Notes under the pieces: generated by a model | What the model was told of the DNA's origin: nothing | The model's input: only the letters and a program-made list of their open reading frames with translations | Database searches by the model: none | Source of the DNA: Candidatus Kaiserbacteria bacterium | Lineage (GTDB): Bacteria; Patescibacteriota; Minisyncoccia; Phycocordibacterales; UBA918 | DNA length: 64,000 bases | Direction of reading: 5' to 3' | Assembly (NCBI GenBank): GCA_031430855.1 | Contig: JANPCG010000012.1 | Coordinates: 496-64,495 of the forward strand | Part shown: positions 58,281 to 64,000 of the stretch, piece after piece | Numbering within the stretch: the first letter of the stretch is position 1 | Layout: each line of letters starts with the position of its first letter | Translations under genes and position numbers: made by a program

Positions 58281-58348
58281 GGCTCTGATTGTAGCAGACT
58301 ATCGTTAAAGTACTACTGCGTATGGGTATGCGGTATAATGCCGGGTAT

Positions 58349-59737
58349 ATGACACTTGTATTACCTGTCGACTATCGTCGAGCCTTTAAAGACGCTGATA
58401 TTAGAGGTGTGTATCCCGAAGAAATTAACGAAGAGCTTGTCGAAGCGGTGGCGCGTGCTTTTGTGGAAGCCCATTCGTACAAAACGGTCGTTGTTGGTTG
58501 CGATATGCGTCTCTCGTCTCCTGTACTACATAAAGCTTTTATTGCGGGTGCACGAGCCTCCGGTGCGACGGTGATTGATATTGGTTTGGTTGCTACCCCG
58601 CAGCTTTACTTTGTTTCAGGTTCACAAAATCTCCCGGGAGTAATGATTACTGCATCGCACAGCCCAAAAGCTTATAACGGATTGAAGTTGGTACATCCAC
58701 AAGCCATCCCACTTACAAAACGGACTGGACTCAACGAAATTTTAAAATTGGTAAAACAAGGGACAAGAAAAGATTCAAAAATTCGAGGGGGACTTATGAA
58801 AAAAAATATCGACGGAGCGTACCAAAAATTTGTCTTTAAGGGAGTGAAGGCCAATCGATACAAAGGAATCACCGTGGCGACAGATATTGGAAACGGAATG
58901 GCTCATGATTTGATTCCGCTCATGCGAGAAAAGCTTGATATCCATTTCGACACCCTCTACTCAAAACTGGATGGTCGATTTCCGAATCGTGATTCTGATC
59001 CCAACTTACGTGAGAATCAAATTGACCTTGATAAAAAAATTGACACCGGTCATTATGATTTCGGAATTTCATTTGATGGTGATGCTGATCGGATTGCCTT
59101 TTTAGATGAGGCAGGAAATTACGTTAATAGTGCTGCAATTGGTGCATTGATTGCAAAGCGTATTCTTGCTCGAGAACCCAAAGCATTGATTGCAAGTACT
59201 AATTTAAATAGCCGGATTTATGATGAAACTATTCGCATCCATGGCGGTAAGGTTGTTATGGCGCGAACCGGTCACACGTTTGTAAAGGAAGCGATGCGAA
59301 AGCGTGAAGCGGTATTTGGGTGTGAGTACTCAGGACACTTTTTCTTTCGAGATTTTTTCTATACTGATTCCGTTGAACTAACCTTCCTCGAAGTAACAAA
59401 TGCCTACCTTGAAGCTAAAGCAGTGGGGCAGACATTTGGCGAGATGATGGCGCCGTATTTAGTGTATGCGCAAACTGAAGATATTGTGGTAAAAGTTGCT
59501 GATAAAGACGTGGCTATGGAAAAACTGTACCAGTATCTGGTTTCTCTTAACCCGAAAACACTTAAGAAATTTGATGGCTACTTTGTCGATTTTGGTGACG
59601 TGTGGGGAGCTGTGAAAATGAGTGTGACTGAATATGGCGTGAAGCTGATGTTTGAGTCATTCCAAAAATCAAAAGCCGTAAAACTCCAAAAACAAATCCG
59701 CACATTCGTTCAGTCAATCGCAAAAGACACCCAGTAA
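58349..59737 (+). CDS. Phosphomannomutase/phosphoglucomutase (alpha-D-phosphohexomutase)
   Basis: Active-site TASHSP, metal-binding FDGDADR. Confidence 0.8.
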   Translation: MTLVLPVDYRRAFKDADIRGVYPEEINEELVEAVARAFVEAHSYKTVVVGCDMRLSSPVLHKAFIAGARASGATVIDIGLVATPQLYFVSGSQNLPGVMITASHSPKAYNGLKLVHPQAIPLTKRTGLNEILKLVKQGTRKDSKIRGGLMKKNIDGAYQKFVFKGVKANRYKGITVATDIGNGMAHDLIPLMREKLDIHFDTLYSKLDGRFPNRDSDPNLRENQIDLDKKIDTGHYDFGISFDGDADRIAFLDEAGNYVNSAAIGALIAKRILAREPKALIASTNLNSRIYDETIRIHGGKVVMARTGHTFVKEAMRKREAVFGCEYSGHFFFRDFFYTDSVELTFLEVTNAYLEAKAVGQTFGEMMAPYLVYAQTEDIVVKVADKDVAMEKLYQYLVSLNPKTLKKFDGYFVDFGDVWGAVKMSVTEYGVKLMFESFQKSKAVKLQKQIRTFVQSIAKDTQ

Positions 59738-59750
59738 TGCGGCGGTATGA

Positions 59751-60005
59751 TTAAATAGAAAACTTTTGACGCCTTGAGGTAACTTTAGATACTGCTTCGT
59801 GTTTACTGCGGTCACCGTTTCTACTTTCTACCCGCTTTCTCCATCGGATATACGTTTTTGGTGATTGGTTTGTGTGCATAAATTGAATCACCTGATTTTC
59901 GGTGAGTCCCCACTCTCGGAAAATTGTTTCAAACGAAATGGTGTCACCCCAGGCCATAAGGATGATTTGCTCAATTTCTATATCAGTAAAAACTCGTTTC
60001 TTCAT
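59751..60005 (-). CDS. Small conserved hypothetical protein
   Basis: 84 aa, basic C-terminus. Confidence 0.3.
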   Translation of the reverse strand: MKKRVFTDIEIEQIILMAWGDTISFETIFREWGLTENQVIQFMHTNQSPKTYIRWRKRVESRNGDRSKHEAVSKVTSRRQKFSI

Positions 60006-60042
60006 GTTCTCATTTTAGCGTAAATGTTGCTAGAATACTCGC

Positions 60043-60522
60043 ATGAGAAAACTTTGGAACCGACCAAATCAAGCCGTGTGGAGTTTGGCGACAACTGACC
60101 AAAATGAGGTAGGGAATATGAATATCTGCACCTATGTAAGTGCGGTATCTATGGAGCCAAAACTCATGATGGTGGCGGTATATCACAACACAAAAACCCA
60201 TGCGAACGTTATTGCTTGCAGACGAGCAGTGCTGCAGCTCCTTTCTGAAGACCTGGCTTCAGTCACAAAAGTATGCGGCCATCTTTCAGGTAATAGTGTC
60301 GATAAAGTTACACGACTCAAAAAACGTTTTCCCCTTAGTGATTGTAACGGAATTCCCTATTTTACTGGTTGCGTGGGGTATCTAGAGCTCGAGCTTCAAA
60401 AGCTTCTTCCGATTGACGGTGACCATGATCTCGCTATTTTTAACGTACTGAAGCATAAAAACTTACACGATACACCAATACTGACCACTGACTATATGCG
60501 GTCAAAAGGTTTGCTCCGCTAA
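60043..60522 (+). CDS. Flavin reductase-like (FMN-binding split barrel) protein
   Basis: WSLATTDQNEVGNMNICTYVSAVSMEP pattern. Confidence 0.5.
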   Translation: MRKLWNRPNQAVWSLATTDQNEVGNMNICTYVSAVSMEPKLMMVAVYHNTKTHANVIACRRAVLQLLSEDLASVTKVCGHLSGNSVDKVTRLKKRFPLSDCNGIPYFTGCVGYLELELQKLLPIDGDHDLAIFNVLKHKNLHDTPILTTDYMRSKGLLR

Positions 60523-60528
60523 ATGTCC

Positions 60529-61167
60529 CTATTCGATTGGAATCAAAATTTCATTACGAAGTGTGAGTGGCATGGTGATTGGGGGATTGTAGCGAGCTGT
60601 CTCAATTTCGCCCGCTACTGTTTGACCATCACGCGTGAGGTACTGTAGGAGCATAGCTTTTTTGACCTCAGTCCGGCTGGCAGTAGGGTACCAGGTGTAC
60701 CTGAGAACAGCTACTTTTCTAGCTGGGACGGCGATTAGTTTCACGGCTTCATTGTTTGGTTGGGGTAGAGTATCTAAGGTATATTTTGACGGTACCACAA
60801 ACGCTATGGTGCGGGTGGCATTACCGGTTGCTAATTCAAGTACTGGTACGGTCATGGCAATTTTTTCTGACCTATCAACAGTAGTACTTTCTAGTACCGG
60901 TGTCGTCATGGCAATACTTTCCCGTTTTGTATTATTACCAAAAATATAATCAGCGATAATTCGAAAGCCTTGATTGGTTGCTCGATCATAATCACCAGTC
61001 ACGGTGGTAGCCGCCATAATATAAGGCGCATACTTCCTGATTTCGTACCCGTCTCGTTTCTCAAGTACCGAATACGCTGGTTCCTCAATTGTCCAGATGA
61101 CTACATAACTTCCAATTGTCCACACCAAAAGTCCAATCAAGAGTGCGCCTAAAATGTAATAGTACAT
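60529..61167 (-). CDS. SOUL/HBP heme-binding family protein
   Basis: YEIRKY..AMTTPV..internal duplication..RNE pattern; N-terminal TM. Confidence 0.5.
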   Translation of the reverse strand: MYYYILGALLIGLLVWTIGSYVVIWTIEEPAYSVLEKRDGYEIRKYAPYIMAATTVTGDYDRATNQGFRIIADYIFGNNTKRESIAMTTPVLESTTVDRSEKIAMTVPVLELATGNATRTIAFVVPSKYTLDTLPQPNNEAVKLIAVPARKVAVLRYTWYPTASRTEVKKAMLLQYLTRDGQTVAGEIETARYNPPITMPLTLRNEILIPIE

Positions 61168-61259
61168 GTGAGTAGTATACTCCTAAATGAAAATATAGGT
61201 GTCGCACATAAAAAATTCTCAGAACGTAATAAAACACATCGCAATACGTCAAGTACAGT

Positions 61260-61823
61260 ATGATTAAAATTCTTTTTGGCCTGGCGGTGGTGTTGGCAGT
61301 ACTCGGCGGAGTGGCTCTCTATAATCGAGAAGGTACTTCCGCTGTTGAAAATACTAAAGTGGTAAATACTGTTCGTACTAAAGAAACTGGGTCAATGAGT
61401 AGAAATAGTACTGACGACGAAACGATGTCTGAATCGACCAGCAATCGTGTTGTGGTTGATTTAAGTAATACTGGTCTTACAAAAACGCCGATGGATATCT
61501 TTAGTAAAACGAGCACCGAAGAGCTTAATCTCTCAAAGAATGGTCTCGCCGGTTCGCTCCCTGCAGAAGTTCGCCTGTTACAGAATCTCAAGGTGCTTAA
61601 TTTAAGCAATAATCAGTTTACTGGAGTGCCTGCTGAAATTGGTCAGCTTGAGAATCTTGAGGTACTTGATCTTTCAAATAATAAAATTACAGGCTTACCT
61701 AATGAGCTCGGTAACTTAAGTAAATTAAAAATACTTAATTTAAAAGGGAACAACTATTCAGAAGCAGATCTTACTGGTATCAAATCTCGTTTACCAAAAA
61801 CGGCTGTGATTCTCGTTGATTAA
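61260..61823 (+). CDS. Leucine-rich-repeat protein, secreted/anchored
   Basis: LxxLxLSNNxxTGxP repeats x5. Confidence 0.7.
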   Translation: MIKILFGLAVVLAVLGGVALYNREGTSAVENTKVVNTVRTKETGSMSRNSTDDETMSESTSNRVVVDLSNTGLTKTPMDIFSKTSTEELNLSKNGLAGSLPAEVRLLQNLKVLNLSNNQFTGVPAEIGQLENLEVLDLSNNKITGLPNELGNLSKLKILNLKGNNYSEADLTGIKSRLPKTAVILVD

Positions 61824-61833
61824 TTTTAATCAA

Positions 61834-62267
61834 CTAATTGTTAATAATTTGAACAATTTCCCCGGCCGCTACTTTTTCATGGGGCTGCATCGATAGTGAA
61901 GCAAGTTCATCGGTATACCAAAATGCAAAACCGCAGCCTTCGCTTAACTGAATCATTTTTAGTGGCCAGATAAATTCCGCGGTATATAGATAAAGCGGTA
62001 CCGTCTTTCCATCTTTTGTTGTGGTCGGTATCTCTGTAGCAAATTGTAATTGTTCGTCTGCTAGTATGATATTGAGCTCTTCAAGAATTTCTCGTTTTAT
62101 ACAAGTGGCGGGATTTTCTTTATTTTCAAGGCGCCCCCCAAATGGGGTCCATACATCAATACCTCGCCACCCGCGGTCTTTTTTTGAAGAAGTATTTGGG
62201 TGCCAAAGTCATCTCTACGATAAAAATAAATTGCTGCGTAGCCTAACATTGGATTCATTAAGTACAT
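61834..62267 (-). pseudogene. NUDIX hydrolase interrupted by a frameshift in an A7 homopolymer
   Basis: N-terminus MNPMLGYAAIYFYRRDDFGTQILLQKK is in one frame; the Nudix box GGRLENKENPATCIKREILEELNI continues in the -1 frame after the AAAAAAA at about 62180-62186; one extra A would restore a 140-aa ORF. Confidence 0.6.
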
Positions 62268-62298
62268 TATATCCTTACCTCTTGCTAAGATAAATCTC

Positions 62299-62823
62299 CT
62301 AAGAATTATGGTTCACAAATTTCTTTTTAAATATGTACGTTACGATACTGGCACAAACTGAGCCGATAATTGCGCCAGCTACAATGTCCGAGAGGTAGTG
62401 AACGCCTGCAACTACTCGCGACAAAATGACAACTGTTGAAAGTAGCAATACGATCAAACCTAAACGCTTATCAAAAAAATATATTGCTGTTGCAAATGCA
62501 AATAATAACGTTGCATGTCCTGAAGGAAACGACCATTCATGAACAATAAAAAGGGGATGGATTTGGCTTGATTCGAGAAATGGCCGAGGGCGATTATAAA
62601 ACAAACGTATCGCTTCGGTAACTATTCCGCGAGCCACAAAAGTAGAGATACTAACACAGACTAAGACGAACATATTTCGCATCATTGAGCCTGAGAGTAA
62701 CCAAACAAAGGCAATTGCCACAATAATCCATGTTAAATATACGGCATTAAAATAAATCAATCCATCATAGAATGGAGAGAGGCCGAGGTAACTATTGAGT
62801 TTTAGCGCTATCGAGAGATCCAT
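62299..62823 (-). CDS. PAP2-family phosphatase (undecaprenyl-diphosphatase-like)
   Basis: PSGH and SRVVAGVHYLSD motifs. Confidence 0.75.
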   Translation of the reverse strand: MDLSIALKLNSYLGLSPFYDGLIYFNAVYLTWIIVAIAFVWLLSGSMMRNMFVLVCVSISTFVARGIVTEAIRLFYNRPRPFLESSQIHPLFIVHEWSFPSGHATLLFAFATAIYFFDKRLGLIVLLLSTVVILSRVVAGVHYLSDIVAGAIIGSVCASIVTYIFKKKFVNHNS

Positions 62824-63057
62824 GCGGTGAGTATACCAGGTTGTGCTGGATTCTATGCATTCGACACTATATTATAGCTCAATAAAATTTTTGGATACAA
62901 AAACCTAAAGAATCCGTGAATAGGGGACGATTATTGGTAAATTACAATTCAAATCAAAATACTCATTTTGGTTGCCAATCCTAAATAATGGAGTAGGATA
63001 CTCGCGGATACAGGTACTTAGTATCTGAGGCCTTTTCATCGCAAACAGGAGGAATCC

Positions 63058-64000
63058 ATGCGCTACATATCGACACGCGGTCAAGGAAAACCACTTTCGT
63101 TCAATGACGTCCTGCTGGCAGGTCTCGCGCCTGATGGTGGCCTCTATGTCCCCGAGGAATATCCTCAGCTGACATGGAAACACATCGAACAGATGAAGGG
63201 CTGGAGTTATCATCAAATCGCTTTCCATGTCATCAGAATGTATGTCGACAGGGCAGATATCAACGATACTGCTTTGCGGTTGCTCATTGAGCGTTCTTAC
63301 GATTCTCGTCTCTTCGGCAGTGCCGACATTACGCCGATCCAACCGCTTTCCAAAGGAGTGGGCTTGCTGAAACTATCGAACGGGCCTACCTTAGCGTTCA
63401 AGGATATTGCCCTGCAACTTGTTGCAAACCTGATGGACCATGTCCTTCAGGAGCGTGACGAGTACCTCAACATCCTTGGTGCGACCTCTGGCGACACTGG
63501 TTCAGCGGCAGAAGAGGCAGTACGCGGTCGGGAACGGCTCCGTATTTTCATGCTTTCGCCATTTGGACGAATGACACCGTTTCAGCAGATGCAGATGTAC
63601 CGGATCGATGACCTGGCCGTCTTCAACCTGGTTGCAAACGGCAATTTTGACGATTGTCAGACGGCGGTGAAGCTGGTGAATAGCGACGCCAACTTCAAAA
63701 CCAAGTATTCGATTGGTGCCGTGAACTCAATCAACTGGGCGCGTGTCATGGCCCAGGTTGTCTACTACATCTACGGATACACGAGGGTGATGACCGATCC
63801 GTGCGAAACTCTGACAATAGCGGTGCCGTCGGGTAACTTCGGCAATGCGCTCGCTGCTTATGTGGCGGGCAAGATGGGGCTTCGTATCAACGTCGTCGTG
63901 GCCACCAATAAGAACGATGTGCTTCATGAGTTCTTCAAGCACGGAGTATATCGGGTACGAAAAGGCGACGAGGTTAAAGCGACATTCAGTCCTTCCATGG
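63058..64000 (+). CDS. thrC: Threonine synthase (partial, runs off the window)
   Basis: MRYISTRGQGKPLSFNDVLLAGLAPDGGLYVPEEYP N-terminus; strong AGGAGG Shine-Dalgarno; GC about 55%; absent from the track because no stop lies in the window. Confidence 0.8.
   Translation, partial: MRYISTRGQGKPLSFNDVLLAGLAPDGGLYVPEEYPQLTWKHIEQMKGWSYHQIAFHVIRMYVDRADINDTALRLLIERSYDSRLFGSADITPIQPLSKGVGLLKLSNGPTLAFKDIALQLVANLMDHVLQERDEYLNILGATSGDTGSAAEEAVRGRERLRIFMLSPFGRMTPFQQMQMYRIDDLAVFNLVANGNFDDCQTAVKLVNSDANFKTKYSIGAVNSINWARVMAQVVYYIYGYTRVMTDPCETLTIAVPSGNFGNALAAYVAGKMGLRINVVVATNKNDVLHEFFKHGVYRVRKGDEVKATFSPSM

Noticed and set aside
62905-63342. 145-aa minus-strand ORF and 63727-63942 minus ORF
   Set aside because: Antisense to thrC, which has a strong Shine-Dalgarno and unmistakable ThrC N-terminus.
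1-64000. CRISPR arrays or cas genes
   Set aside because: No regularly spaced direct repeats of CRISPR type were seen; the tandem repeats found are tRNA-associated or low-complexity coding.

Overview
This is an AT-rich (about 40% GC) bacterial window. It opens on a canonical replication-origin neighbourhood: yidC, rnpA, rpmH, then dnaA and dnaN, with DnaA boxes on both sides of dnaA and a DUF721/DciA-like ORF after dnaN. Compact housekeeping genes follow: PBP1A, ruvB-yebC-ruvC, pilB, tsaE, polA, holA, trmL, an Lnt-like gene, a Mur-family ligase, ruvA, rpsT, ruvX, pilMNO, uppS, rluA, rplS, a Trx-CcdA-Trx cluster and others. I found six tRNAs by hand-folding: Lys-UUU, Ser-UGA, Arg-GCG (uncertain), Arg-UCU, Val-UAC and Leu-GAG. 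The gene content fits a small-genome, possibly CPR/Patescibacteria-like organism, but that is inference only. The most notable region is an island of about 14.6 kb (about 24.5-39.2 kb) between rpsT and tRNA-Ser. It carries a large serine recombinase next to the tRNA, degenerate copies of the tRNA-Ser 3' end at the far boundary, a ParB-nuclease/DNA-methyltransferase fusion, and a tightly coupled seven-gene type I R-M operon. That operon has a cGAS/DncV-like nucleotidyltransferase and a 2-TM protein inserted between hsdM and hsdS. This pair is a candidate minimal CBASS-like or novel abortive-infection module and is the most interesting observation. Downstream are att-like tRNA 3'-end repeats around a tRNA-Arg locus, two GC-rich (likely foreign) blocks, a dispersed 15-nt motif near tRNA genes, a frameshifted NUDIX gene, and a highly acidic small protein.
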